A DNA stretch of 63,972 nt, filler included, from Trypethelium eluteriae (Eukaryota): the NCBI GenBank assembly GCA_051942245.1. It is 3 parts of 3 records of this genome, joined end to end, with 100 filler letters (N's around TTAATTAATTAA, not from the genome) between each part and the next. Parts side by side here need not be neighbours in the genome. Positions count along the whole stretch, not along the records: positions 1 to 22,107 come from JAVECL010000448.1; 2 more parts are not named here. One strand, given 5' to 3'. A model generated the notes under the pieces. The model was not told where the DNA came from. It made no database searches and saw nothing but the letters and a program-made list of their open reading frames with translations. Shown here one piece after another: positions 1-13,979 of this stretch. Numbering within the stretch: the stretch's first letter is position 1; every line of letters begins with the position of its first letter. The translations under genes and the position numbers were made by a program.

Positions 1-2112
1 CTTTACACATACATTCTCCGTACAGCGAAGCTGCACAATAGCCCGTGCACAACCCTATCCGTTTTTGTGTTATGACCAAAGGTGGGTACAGTACGCCTCA
101 GGCTCCACAGAAGCACAGGCATAGTTCAGCGCCGAAGCATGTGCTTCATCCCGCGTATACAAGGGTGAGTATAGCTTTTGGATGAGTGGCCTCATATTTT
201 CCATTCTTGACAGGCATGGACGACTGTACCACGTCCGCCCACATAAGCATCAGAATGGGGGCATGCCAGGGAACGTGGTCTACTGGAGAAGATCCTAATT
301 GCATCAACTTGCATTCTACATTGAATATTTCGGTCGTACTCCCTCTTCCTATCGTCTCACATCCCTATAACGCTGATCTCCCGGAGCAACTCACGTACTG
401 ACTGTTTAGCCGGTGCACTTTTGTAATCAGTGATCGCTGGTTGCCTGACTCCTCCCGCACCTACATCTGACCATTATTTCGCTGTCTCAACCAGCGAAGT
501 GCATACAAGCCACGTCTACCACTTAAATCGGAGGCATGCTACCTTTAGGGTTGTCATTGCGGCGTTCCTGACCGTTGGACGCTGGGTCGACAAGGGCTAT
601 TGGCGTTCGTAAGAGAAATGCCGAGTTTGTGGGGGGGGGGCAGCGCTACTCCTAGACACAAAGCTAGGGGAAAGCGAGCCAGAAGACACCGACGGTCTCG
701 ATCGCTCCCACATTTGGTCACTGCCTTATCGCATGTATGTTTCTCAATGGACGGGACGGAACGGAGGTATTTAGCATCTCAGCACCTCGAAACCCCATGT
801 AAGATCGACATCCAACCAATCTTACCCTAAACCTGTAATTTCCATATTGTCTAGAATAGTAGCACATGGGAGATCTCGTCCGTAAAGTATGGACTTTCCT
901 TGTGAAAAAAGACTCTTCAAAAAGCTCCCAACATCTAGATGTCTCATTCATGACTCATGCATGTACAGAGTGTGGGCGTCCGAACGCCACAGCGCCTCCT
1001 GCCGGGAGTTTGCGAGATACGAGGGCGAGATCTCAATAGTGATGCGAGAGGCTTTGCTTACCACAAGGGAAGGAGTGAAACAAGATGATCAAACGCAGTC
1101 ACATCGATGCCCCAGCCCTGCGGAAATTCGCTGGAATTGCGGAAGATTCCGAATGTTTTTAACAGACAGTTTAACGTAGTTTCATAGAGTTCAGTCGAAG
1201 TCGGTAAGTGCTTGCGATGGCTGGAAAGCCTCTGGTTCCGCAACTTTGGTATGGGGACCTTGTTAAATCCTGGCCAGCTGGAAATCATCGATGAGGTCAC
1301 CCGCTAGAGATACCTAGGTACGAGAATATGAGCGAATTATCGCTGATCGACTCTTGGACCCTGGCCCAAGGTTTGAGATATATGCGTCAATCACTAGCAT
1401 TCAAGAAGTATTCCGGCGGTGGATCTTTACCCCAGACACCGACTTTCCGGACGTAGAGTATCACGAACTCTGGTACGCTTGGAAACTTTGGAAGCTTTCA
1501 GAGAAATAAGTACAGTAGTGGATTTGTTCATTGCGCCCTGAAAATAAAAGTCTCAAACAAGCTTTGATAGACATGGTTACAATTTACTACTGTGATGCCA
1601 CAGCGACCACTGCTCTGCAAAGGTTACTCATTTGCTAGTTTATTAATTGAAGTGCCGAAAGTCTTTCCGGTCGAGAGAGGCTATCGTCAATAATAGCTTC
1701 GAGCACATGACAATGCCACCGTCTTGCACAGAGGTATGGACAAGGTGAACGCTATCCATCCCTTCGTGAAAAATGTACAATACCGGCTTCCAGCGGATGA
1801 TGCAAATGAAATAACTGTCCCAAAAAAACGCCTCCCAAATTTGAATTTCCCAATACTCCCAACGCCTTGAATTTTCATCTGACGAAAGTGGTAGTTGGAC
1901 GAATGGGGTTACTCGTCCTTCAGTGCCTGGAAGTTCCATCTCTTTCCTTTGAGGGTGTATTACAGTACATTATGGTAGGATATGCTGTTATACCCTACAT
2001 CGTGCTTTCAAATGCCGTACTGCTCATTCCCCAGACGCCGTTCTCTACCCAATGTCGGGGTTTTGCCGCTGGCTAGGTGATGTGTAATAGAAATTAGTTT
2101 GTCAATGAATCT

Positions 2113-3260
2113 TCAAATGAGCTCGTCACCTCCGCCTCTCCTAGCACCTTCAACGACTCTAATCACGTCGGCTTCTTCGAATGCGGGGCCCTGACCGTCA
2201 CACTTGGCCATTGATCGTAACCGCTCACAGACATCCCCGATGTCGATGAGTCCCTGCTGAAAGAGCGGATGCGAGAGGATGAGATCCCAGGTAGCAGCTG
2301 CTGGTAGAAGTGTCTTTGATCTCGAGCCTGAGTTCTTCGTTGCATCCATCGAAGTAACAAACCGCCGATTCAAGAGAGGGTTGGACAGAGGCTGTGCCGA
2401 AGATTTGGCAGTAGTAGCCAGATAGGGGCCCGGCGTACCCTTATCGGGTAGCGTCACAGGAATATCGATTTTTTTCGGCCTCCATGATGATGGCCCGAGT
2501 CTAGCTTCCCCTGTCTCAAGCATCTTCTCGATGGCCTTGCCTCCACTCTTACCGCCCTCGCCGCTGCCGTTGAGCAGGCCGTCCGCGTCCTCTTTCGGTG
2601 AACCAGGAAGAGAAAGTGATAAGGGGTTGGTGGCGGACGTTGCGCGTAGTATCTCGTTCTCGGTTTCAGCACGTTGGAGAGCGAGTTTGAGGCGCTCGTT
2701 ATCGGATTGCAGGGAATGAGATTGGGATTCGAGAGCGGTGAGTTTGGCTTCCAGGTCGCGAACGTGTCGTTCTTTGCGCTCACGAAAGGCTCGTTGGCTA
2801 TTGTGGATAGTGTCAGTATAATGGTTATGTAGAGATGGACCGGGATAGTAAAGATGGAAGCCAGTGATCTGGTAGCTTTAACAAGAGCCTGAGGGCATTC
2901 GCAGGGACCCAAGTCGTTGAAGCAGATATTGACAGGGTATTCAAAAATAACAAGAGGCACTCACGCTGCTCTGTTCTGCGCTTTCCGCCGACTTTGTGCA
3001 GGTGTTAAGTTCGCAAGTTCCTTCTCTTCACTGCTGCCTCTGACTCCACTGCCATGCTGAAGCGGTTGCCCGGTGGCTGGATTGATCGCTTGCTGCGATC
3101 CGTCCATATCCACCTCTAAACCAACACCGCTGTCGACACTGCCGACATGTCCCATGGACATGTGAGACTGCTGGGGTGAACCGGAGTTTGGCGGTATCAT
3201 CGGACTAGCTTCGAAGCCCGAGAATGACGTATCGTAAGGGAGGAAATTTGGATGGTCCAT
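2113..3260 (-). CDS. AP-1/Yap-like bZIP transcription factor (Fcr3-like); exons 3260-2965, 2797-2113
   Basis: Splicing GTGAGT(2964)...TAG(2798) restores the Yap basic region SRRKAQNRAA/QRAFRERKERHVRDLEAKL and a leucine zipper. The frame runs into the 2113-2523 ORF with C-terminal AATWDLI..HPLF..G..DI..VCERL...AKCDGQGP. Confidence 0.9.
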
Positions 3261-6200
3261 GTGATCCTGTTAATTCCCAAAAGTCATTAGTCTGGGTGTG
3301 GTAAAAGATGCTAATGTGCTGGGACCTTTCAACCCGGGACGAGGGAGCACAAGGCAATGGTGAAGTGGGGTAGCAGAGCGGATCAAGACCGAGACAACAG
3401 CTGGGTACTTACTGGTGAAGATCCATTGCTTTCTTCGTTTCCCAGACCTGGCTGGAATGGGGTCATATTCATGTAATGTCCAGCGTAGGACGGAGGGGGC
3501 GGCGCCCCCGGAAAGTATGCATAGTCCATTGTCAAACGGCCTTGACCGGGGAGAGAGAATGCTTTCGAGTGGCAATTTCACCAAAGCTCGCAATGTACCT
3601 AAAAACCCACGACTGCAGAACGACCTAGAGGATAGCAGAGTTTGCTGGTAAGGGGAAGGTGCGGTACGACAAACAAATATATGTGGGTTGAGTAAAATAC
3701 TCTAGTAGGCCTCGCTGGGGGTTTATAGGCGGAGCAGGAAGGGTCTGCAGACAATGCAGAGATATGTATCAGTACATGATAGCTCGCTGCTTCGACGCCG
3801 ATGCTTCAGCGGCCGGGCCGCGTCGGGAAATGATGGCGCGCTGGGGCTACAGGGCTATCACGGAGGCAAGCCTATTCCAAGTCCACAACAACACGCTGGT
3901 GGCATGTTCGGAGCCGGGACCAGCCTGTCAGCTCCAGTGCGGATCGAGATTAGGAGGGAGGACTGGTGTCGAGAGTGTGCAGCGTGGCCGCAGTCGTCGG
4001 TGTGCCGAAATAGTTGGGTTAATTGAAGGAATTCAGCCTATGACAGCGCAATGCTAGAAGGCTGCATGCAAGCAGAGGGCACGGAGGGGGAGAAGGGACG
4101 AGAGCGTGGGGAGCTAAACTTCGCTACCCACGGAGGTACGTTGGATCTGTCTCTGACTGCTACCAGGCTAACTCAGAAGTGAACATTCCACGGCGGCAGC
4201 CCGCCTGGGTCGATCCGAAAATCCATCATCAGCCACATTTTCCATATCATCGGGTGGTTCTTGGGAGGGACGAGGTGCCAGCGATCGTCGTTATGGTTCT
4301 GCGATCCTGCGCGGGCGTTGACCCACTGGCATGGATGCTGGGATCGCCTCGACGGGCTCGACATGGTTTAGCATCACCCTCGACCGCGTGCCGAACAAGC
4401 ACAAGTCGTCTCAAGACTCGACGCCACCCGAGTTGAGACCGGAGGAGGCCCTTCAGCTGAGTCTCTCTCCCTTCTCCCTTCTCCCCAGCACTCCTCCTCC
4501 TCCTCCGCCTTCGCCTCCTTCTTCCTGCTTCGACCACAGCATCACAAGTCAGCACTAGCGAGATATTCAGGTCTCGAGTGCCAGATAGCCCGCCGAAGAC
4601 GTCTCCGTCTGCGCAGCAACCGTCAAGCGTAGACTACGCTTCAGTTATCGCAAAGCAAACGGCCAAGTATTCCAACAAGCCTTATGGCAGTGTAGCCCAG
4701 CCCTCTCAACATGCTATTCGACTGTTCGCACTTTACTCAATTCATCACTGAACCAATGGGAGATGCCCACTTATGTTTAGTCTCGCTGACATGCAGCCCT
4801 ACTAAGAACTCCCCGCCACATAATAGCAGCAAAATTAAGTCTGCAAAGGTTCAAGTACGAAGAATCAGACACCCAGAGCCGCTCAGCTCCTCTCAACAAT
4901 GAGGACACTGGGGGTTAGTTGCCACCCTTTCTCTCTTCTAGGCTGGACGCTACTGTTGCATGGCTAAGGCAGGCACAAATAAAACCCATGTGCCACCGCA
5001 ACCGCATCATGCATTTCTTCGCCTTAGGTATCGAATTGCACTATTCTCGACGTTTCGACAACGGCCGAATATTCTCGCATGTACGATGAACCGAGCGGAT
5101 TTCGATGGCGAGACTACTAGGGGCTCCCTTAGCTTCGGTTCGAGTTCGAGGGCAGATCGGCCGCTGCGAAACCCTTCGAAAGAGAACTAGTCAACGTGCC
5201 AGATCAGAACAAGGATTTCCCGAAGATAGATTTTGAGTAGAGAAACCTAGCCAGAAGAGGGAGTAGTATCCTTTCATGCACCTGTCGCCACCTAGATCTC
5301 TTCCACTCCTATGTTCTTGGCAGTCCAACCGTCATGCATTTCTAGAAGCCTCGATCTTGTTAATCAGATTCTTCAAGTAAACACTCTCTGGCATCAATGG
5401 GCACGTATTTATCATACACGACTGGGCGAGTGCCACATATGTGCCTAATGAAGGACCTTTGAGGTGTTCGCTGGCCGGAATGTCCGGCCATGCACGCTGC
5501 TCTGGTCTGCAGGCGAGCAACTGAATGAACGAAAAGAGAGACTCGGTACGATCGTTGCTCAGTTCCTGGCGGGAAACCTATTTCCAGTCTTGTGCAACAT
5601 CAGCCATAGAAGGCCTTGAAACAGGGGTCCAACGAAGAGCAAAGCGGATATGGGCTGTCCTAGAAGCGGACCGTCACTCCAGGCATAGCAAATCCTCCGA
5701 GCCATCAGATTTGATCCGTCAATCTACCCAAACATCTTAAGAGAAAAGACTATGCTGCTGCTCGGCTCAGGCCGTGTCGCGGGGGATCTGAGACATCACG
5801 ACCGCCCTTTCAAAACTTGCTAACGCAGACGGGTAGGGAGAGAGAAGGAATACAGAGAGCCAATTGCGCGATAGCCAGGCGAGGACATCAAATATTGTTT
5901 AGGGCAACACTCGGCTATCTATAGCAGATGAACTCCGCTGTGATCGTTATGCACACGTGGAAAGTAACAGGGCCTTCGTGAGAATTTCAATGCTATCAGC
6001 AGTAGTGCCTACCCGGCCAATAGCCGTTGATACTCTGCGGTAAGGCCTCCCGTACTATCTAATTCTTTTATGCCTCGCCCCTGCCCTTTTCCCATGTCCG
6101 AGAACGGTTCGAGAACGGTAACACAAGGTATGTCCGTCCGTTTTTCACCGACAACACCCCGCACACCGAGCCCGATTCCACATGGCCTTGCCGTCTTCCT

Positions 6201-7602
6201 GAGATTTCAACCCGCGCGGTGCATATCATTTGCTCAGAAGAGGTACGAAACCATCTTCTAGAGGCGGCAAAATCAGGGATGTCTCCAACGCAAGTGCGTT
6301 TCTATTCGATGACAATGACGTACTCGTTAAGTTAATTTCTTGGGGAAGAATTAATTCTAGGGTACTGGGATGACAGGAACGATAATTCGAGGTCGAGACA
6401 TCTACTAGTTACCGTGCCAGGTAGTAGAAATGGAGAAGACACGTCAAATACTGGCTCACTACTTGTATAAGACGTAATGGAAGATGAGCCTCAAACTTCT
6501 TGGAATTGATAACACGAGAACAAGGCTGTCAGACTTCAACCAGGATCTTTGTTGGTACAAAAGCTTATATCTGACGTCTCCTTCCCTTCGGTGCCTTCCA
6601 CGATGAAGCCTAGGCCAGTTGCAAGATGTTGCCAGGAAGCCCTAGCCTTCTCTAAGTCCAATCAGCATCGATGACTTCGAATTGGACCCAAAATCTTGAT
6701 CCGAGAACCCTGCAAGAGGCAGATCGCCCACGTGCGAAATGACAGATTAGACCTTTTCCTTCAGCCGCAGCGTCTCCCTACCGGGGTGTGGTCAGATACC
6801 AGTGCGCTGGGTCGTGATCAGCTTGAAGTACCGAAAGTATCTCTGGCCCCAATTCAGCTTCAGATAGAGATTACAGCCTTCCGGTGGCAAGTACTTGGCT
6901 GAGCACACTCTTCGCCATGTGTCTACTGATATCTGATCATGCAAGCGTCAGGAGGTGGGGATGTGAAACGTGCACTTAGATCGGCGACTATGCTGAATGT
7001 GCCTCCACGAGGTTACGGGCGCTTAACCACTGATGCTGTCTGGCGAAGGCGATTTAGACTAAGCGAGGTATCTAACTCACCACTGACGGTGACTGAGATA
7101 CGTACTTTTAAGACACGACGGAGGCTCAGGCGGATTTCCGTTTACGGCAGGTGATAATGTAGGACTAAATTCTGCAAAGTGTTGTCCATGTACATAGGTA
7201 TTGAGCTGAGCGCCATTCTATGTAAGAATCGAGGAAATGTATATGCACGTGGCAGTACATAAAAGTTGATCGACTGTCAACTCTACGCCACTAATGTCAT
7301 TGACAGATACTTGTATATGCAGCCCTATAAACTACTGCTGCCTAATGGAATCTTCACCGCTCATTGCATCAGGTAATCCAGGAAGATAGTACGGTAAACC
7401 GTTATCTAATCCTGTTGAGGAGGTGGTGAGGGGAACAGCATGCATCTGCTGCCTAAAGCCATGCGCGACGCGATGGATTCGATAGACGCAAATTGCACTG
7501 GACAATGCCGGTGCAAGGTAAAACGGGCTGGCTCCTAGTTAAGTAATGGCCCTCGGGGCTTCGTACCCCTCGAAGTTGATGACGAGGCCTCCCCACATCG
7601 CC

Positions 7603-9087
7603 CTATACCGTGGTTTTGAAATTTCGAGTTGTCCCTGCAAGCGCGGTATCCACCTGACTCGCCCGCTTCTTGAGAACGTTCTCAATGAAGGCTTCACCCG
7701 CTTTATAGCTCGATCGCACTAAGGGCCCGCTAGCACAGTAAAGGAAACCAATCTCAAGAGCGCGCTGCCGCCAAAGCTCAAACGTAGCTGGCGTAATGTA
7801 CTCCTCAACTTTCATGTGTCTCTTCGTGGGGCGCATATACTGCCCAAACGTCACCACATCTACCTTAGCTCTCCGGAGTTCTGCAAAACTGGTCAACACG
7901 TGGTCCAATGCATACAGTTCCATGCGTGACTAAGGGTATTTCCAGGAAGGTGGAGGTTGTGGACATACCTCTCAATGCATCCCATATCTGCTCTTCGGTC
8001 TCTCCAAGGCCCAACATCATGCTCGTCTTCGTAATCAATCCATCCCGAGCTACTTTCGCCGCTTCCAGCACCTTCAAAGTCTGTCTGAAACCAGCTCTGC
8101 GATCTCGCACCTGCGGTGTAAGAGCTTCCACAGTCTCGATGTTGTGGGCAAATACATCCAATCCACTTCCAGCCACCTCGCGTACTAATTGTGTGTCCCC
8201 TTGAAAATCCCCCGTCAAGGCCTCCACCAACATCGTTGGACTCTTCCACTTAATCTTCCGCACTGTATCCGCAATATGTCTCGCGCCACCATCTGCGATG
8301 TCATCCCTATCTACCGCAGTCAGGACAACATAACCAAGCCCCCAGCGGGAGAGCGCTTCTGCAGTATGTTCTGGTTCGTGAGGATCAAGCGGTGGAGGCC
8401 GATTGGAGGTCTTCACGGAACAGAAGCGGCATCCCCGCGTGCAGGTATCGCCCATGAGCATGATTGTCGCTGTAGCTCGAGATTTGGATGTGCCGCCCCA
8501 GCAAGTCGAAATGTTTGGGCACCGGGCTTCTTCACACACTGTGCAAGAAAATCTGCGTCAGCCTGGTCGCAACATCTGCACCATTGAGCCAAAAGTATGG
8601 ACGAACCGGTATGCAAGTTCAAGCCTCTCAAATCGTTCTTGATCTTCTTGTAATTATCACTCGTTGGTATGGGAGTCTTCAACCATTCTGGCAATCTTAT
8701 GATTTCCTTTTGCTTCCCTGGTGGCCCCACCATCGCCCGTCTAATTCCCTTCGTTTGTCCTTCGTGTCCTCCATTTAGTTCCAGCGCATCCTCCTGGCTC
8801 AATGGAGCCCCTTCATCCTCTGGTTCAATGATGTCCCCGAATGTACCGGCTCGCCGCCTGGGCCCTTTTCCACCTACTATGAAGTCCGAAAATGAAGGTC
8901 CGGACTCCAGCTTATCACTAAAGGAAGTTGGACGTCTGGATTGAGACGCTGAACTTGTTGTCGAGTTGTCTGATACTGCGGTGGCAAGGTTGCGGGAAAG
9001 GCGGGGCTTCCGTCGGAGAGGAGCAGATGGCAGAGAGCTGAAGGGAGACGCATTTAGGCAGCGGTATCTAGAGGTAGATGCCGCCAT
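7603..9087 (-). CDS. LIP5: Mitochondrial lipoyl synthase (radical SAM); exons 9087-8607, 8538-7969, 7880-7603
   Basis: Spliced [19 protein letters not shown] (auxiliary cluster motif), CTRGCRFC radical-SAM motif, FGQYMRPT and [11 protein letters not shown]. Arg/Ser-rich presequence-like N-terminus; canonical introns. Confidence 0.97.
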
Positions 9088-9853
9088 ATTGGCGAATATA
9101 GGAGAGAAAGGGGGAGGAAAGCGATAGGTGCGAAAACGTTGAGGATATCTTCAAAGAAAATGGCAGATTGACATCGGATGCCGGCGGTCGTTTGGACGAA
9201 ACGTTGGCAAATAGATATTCGTAATCCCGCTTACGAGAGATTTGATCACCTTCAATTCCATAGGGTATTAAATGTCCGCCTACTTGTATTCCTTGGGTCC
9301 ATCTCAGAGCAGAGCTGCTGCTTGTCGTTTATTTTACTTGACGTATAGTAACTAAAGGCCTGACCACAGTCTATCTAAAGCACCATTCGTGATCGAAGTC
9401 ATCCGATCTCCGGCTAACTTTAATCCCGCATTCCCTTGACGAACTTTCCGCCAGCTATAAGAAGGCTCTCAGGCTATCTTGGTCGGAAGATATGGCTATG
9501 CCAAACAAGCTTTGAGTCGGTTCGATTCAAATGAAGACTAACACTTAAGCATGCGAGAATGCTCTTGGGTCTGGAAAATACTGAGTGAAAAGGGTATCTT
9601 CATAGTGGAACAAAAGATACTTTTGAACCCGTGCAGAGACTCATAAATGATGATTACATCTAGTGGCGATCCCCAGTAAGCACGAGGCATGTAGCATGAG
9701 TCTGCATTAGGACAACATGCGGAACATTCAAGGTTCAGGAAGCCATGAGGGAAACATGTCTCAATCACCAAAGACAGCGGCCCAGGTCAAACGACACAAA
9801 AGCAGGCAGTCCACGGGGTCTCAGGTCGCTGGAGCCAGTTCTGTCTAATCTTC

Positions 9854-10699
9854 ATGTCTAGAAGCATGCGAGGCCGCTTGCCGCTACGGCAATGTTGCTA
9901 CAGTTTCCTCTTTTGCGACTTCTGCACCTCCATCTATCGATTTCGTTCAACACGGGTTAATCTTGGCGACGGTAGCCGACTAGGCAGAGATCGCTTGCTA
10001 TTTACTGTAATGAGACACTCCGGTCGCATTACTGCTGCTATCATCAGCATCGAAAGCTCCGACCCATCTCCAACTCGAGCTCTTTCAAGCGTTTGCGAAG
10101 TTTGGGTTGCACCCGAATTTTCTGGCCTGCTATAGCCCAGAGCTCGGCCCGTCTGTAGTTGCAAATCTTCCCGTTCCGGAGTTCCTCTTCAGACTTGGCG
10201 TGGACCTAAACAGCGGGCGAGAGCAATACAGTCAATTGGCTAATGAAGGCCCAGATCAAAGTTCAGGGATGACCTTAAAAACGGCCGCTGAACGCGGATC
10301 TGCTTCCATTGTTGAGCTTCTCCTGGTTAATGGCGCGAGCTTGGAGTATAGTTGAACCTTGCAATTTGCCGCGGAAGTTTATCCTGTGGGAATTACCATG
10401 TTTTCGGGTAACAGCCAACCTTGGACAGAGTTTGACCAGAACAGCATTCCGGTGATGGAGCTCCTGGTTCGAAACGGTGCTGTTGTCATTGCAAAAGATG
10501 AGCAATGTGCAAATACTACCTCTGGCCGTCTTCCTTTCGGCCATCTTATTCCCGAGCTCCCTATCGTGTGTACCTTATGGCAAGACGACGGAGCGAGTCA
10601 GGTGGCTGTGAGAGCGTGAGGCAGATTCAACGAGGTCTTTGGGCCAGCATGGACAGCGTGGAAATGGGACCCGAATTGCCTAGAGCTTGGGACAGCTGA
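9854..10699 (+). pseudogene. Degraded ankyrin-repeat protein gene
   Basis: Ankyrin-like pieces in shifting frames: LELFQAFAKFGLHPN, TLKTAAERGSASIVELLLVNGASLEYS*(10353)TLQFAA, IPVMELLVRNGAVV, and ERVRWL*(10609)EREAD. Boundaries approximate. Confidence 0.65.
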
Positions 10700-11412
10700 T
10701 ACCAGAGGGATCGGAAGCTCAAAAACGGAAGAACCCTCAAGATTCCGGTGTTTGAGAAAGGCTTACATGAATTCTAATATACTTAGGACGGGAAGAAAGG
10801 CCATCTTCATGTTCAAATGCTGTCCAGCAACTTCAATACTGACTTTCCTTGGTCGGGTGATGTAAGACCATCGGGTTCCACTCAGCTAAGCAGACAAATT
10901 ACAGAGCAAACGTAAAGACGAATCATGGCTAGAACAAGGCACCTCAGCATTCGCTTATGGCTAACCTCATACGGATTAACTGCTCAGGGCTCTTACTGTT
11001 GGAATTTTTCTCGGGGAACGTGCCTAACAAATGCATGCGTTTCGAATTCCCGCATTCGGTTGATTCAAAATTCTAAGTTCTGATGCTGAGGTAATAATTT
11101 CGAAAAGTTGCACCAGGGGGTGAAATGAGAAGTGTCGATGCTATAGAGGTGGCTGAAGTCTTGACCTGCACAGATTTAGGAGGTCCCCAGTAAGTTCTGT
11201 TCACGAGGTCGAAAAGCGCTGAATATGGTCTCGGAGAAGAACCTGCAACATCGCCCTGAAACTCTAATTTGAATTTATGCAGCCTAGGAAGACCCGAGTA
11301 AAAGTTTGAGCTGGGGATAGTCATCTCAAGTCCTGGCGCGGTCCGCGGACATTTCTTGTTGCAACCCTCGGTGGCTGCGAGAGTCACGAGTGTCCTCATT
11401 TCCGCGGGCATC

Positions 11413-13979
11413 TCATGGGACATCTTGATGCTTGTAATCATCATTCCGATCATAAGCCCTCCTCGCCCTTTCTGCTTCCGGTAGCTTGCTAATGCTATCC
11501 ATGTACCCACGGAACGATCTGCTCATGCGCATAACACTTCTGAAATGATCCACTTCCACATCCACAACATCGTCATTTCCGTCCTCTTTCTCCTTTGACG
11601 CTCTGTATCTGGCTAGGGAAATTGCTGTCTGAAACGCATTTCTTATCTCTCTTCCATTCCATTGCAACGCCTTAATTTCCTCGTCGTAGAGAATATATTG
11701 CTTGGCATACTTACTGACCTGGATGATCGGTTTAATGCCATCTTGTTTCCAGCGTTCCATGTCCTTTTGGAGTTTATTGAAGAAGCCGTTCCAGATACGA
11801 GCACGCTTTTCGTCGGACAAGGGATCGTAACCGATGACAATGTTGACACGGGAGAGGAAGGCATCATCAATATGGCCAATACGATTAGTGGTGAGGAAGA
11901 AGATTCCCTTGAAGTATTCCATTTGGCGGAGAAAAACTGAAAATAGTCAGCATATCAGACCTTCAGACGGAAAGCAGATGCAGCAAACCAGAAACTAAGG
12001 CGTTGCGCTGAATATCTGCCCGCGATCTTCTTTCCATAAAGATGTCAGCTTCATCGAGCAGAAGGATTGCATTCCAGGACTCCGCAAGCGAGAACCATTT
12101 TGCCAGCTTGTTTTCGATCGTCTCGTCTTCTAGTCCAATACCCGCAATCGTAAGTGGAATGAGGGGCCTCCCGGAAGCTTCAGAAAAGGATTCAACCGTG
12201 TATGTCTTTTCAACCCCAGGCGGTCCATGAAGAAGGATGATCTGTCCTTGGCCTTTGTTTTCGATGAACTCGATTTTCCACGCATGTTCGTGTGCCTGAC
12301 AGACTGCTTGCAACACTTCTACGTTGCTGTCTTGCATCACCAAGCTTCGCATAACCTCCTCCTGCGGTTGCATATCGGAGAGATCGTCGTAGAGAATGAA
12401 GTCTGTCACAGAAGTCAATCTTCCTCCATCTATGCATTATAGGGCCACTCCTGAGGATCGCGCTTTAAGAGGAAAAGTTATGAAAGCTTAAAGGATCAAT
12501 TACTTACGCCAACTTTTGTCTTTCAGTACGAAGACAGACGTGAAAATACCCATGTTGAAATACTGATGTTTAGTCAATTCGGGCACTTTTGCGAGGTCAA
12601 TGTTATCAAACGTATCCCAGTGGAGGTGCTTTTGTGCAATGTAGGGACCTGGAAGATATCCGAAATCTCCAGTGGTAACCCCCGTCTCCTTGATATATCT
12701 GGACGCCATTTCGTCGTCAACGATTATCGACGTGTTTTTGTACTTTCTATTCATTAGCGTACCCTCTTCGGCCCTCACCCATTCTCTGATGACTTACATG
12801 AGTCTTGTCCTCTGCACACGTGTGGCCCGTGAGTTTCATCTGCCGGGGTCCACATTGCAGCAGCCGAACTATCTTTTCACCTCGCTCTTCTATCTTCCGG
12901 CGTCTTTCACCTCCGTCCTTACTATCCCAGAAGCTGGCAGGATACACAGCAAGCGACGTAACCTCTCGTTCGCCCTCAAAATACTCCACCAACCTTCTGA
13001 ACTCCCAGCGATACATCTTCGTGCCCTCTGGCCAAAGATTGAAGCCGTGAATCATCATGCCAGGCTTCTTTCAGCGTTTACCAGCATCCTCAATGGGCTC
13101 TAACGACATTTCTGTCATAACACCAGCCTCGATCTTGTCACCAACGACGCGCGTTGACTTGAAGTATAGATCCTCTCCAGGTCGGTACATATACCAAAGG
13201 GTGTCAAATGTCACAACAGGCACCGGTCTTTCTAACTTTTGTTGTGTTGGTCGCAATACCTTTCGGATTGTCGGCTGTAGAAAGTCAAGCAGGACCTGAA
13301 GGTGGTGGCATGGGTCATGAATTGGATCTTCCCATTCTTTGGATTTCTGCATGGCCTCTTCTTTAGATTGGCTAAGGAGGTCCGTCAGATCATGCAGATG
13401 GTGCATTAACACTGGATATGGCTCTTTGATTGTAATGCTATCTCCGGTCAGCTCTTGAGAGGGGTAATATGACACAATCTGCCGAATGATATTTAGCAGA
13501 ATTTGCGACTTGACGACCACCTCTGTTGGCTGTTTCGAACTGATTGGAAAATCCTCCAAGAACCTTGGTAGGTCCGTGTCGCCCTGCCCGTCCACGACGA
13601 GGCCCGGCTGCGGGGGGTAATAGGAATTGTATTGGAAGACTCTAACGTGGGTCACAATTTCTAAGATCGCCCCCGTTTCAACGTCATCACTGGCGACGTC
13701 TTCCGCTGGTCTATTCGGACGAATTTCAAGATTGCCAAAAGGCTTGGTGGACTCGAATTTTCCCACGAGCTCTTTATACTTATCGCGACACTCTATTCTG
13801 TAGATGATATCCTTTCGAACAGGCTCTGCTAATGCGGTGTCCCACCCTTCGGTAAAATCATCGACACGTTTCGTTACCTGTGATTCAGCGGCTTGACTGT
13901 TTGGTGCTTCGTGAAGGTCCGCATTGGAGCTGCTCGCTGCTGGTTCTGTGTCGCTCGCGGCATCGCTGGCTTCGCTCAT
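11413..13979 (-). pseudogene. Fungal AAA+ ATPase with long N-terminal region (DUF7025-like family), probably inactivated; exons 13979-12798, 12742-12508, 12402-11989, 11936-11413
   Basis: KGQGQIILLHGPPGVEKT (Walker A, G>E), ILLLDEADIF (Walker B), RNALVSVFLRQMEYFKGIFFLTTNRIGHIDDAFLSR, WNGREIRNAFQTA. All splice phases are consistent; one in-frame TGA at 13071-13073. Confidence 0.8.

Noticed and set aside
3270..7600. Short ORFs in the 4.3-kb region upstream of the bZIP gene
   Set aside because: No family motifs or consistent exon structure; treated as intergenic/regulatory.
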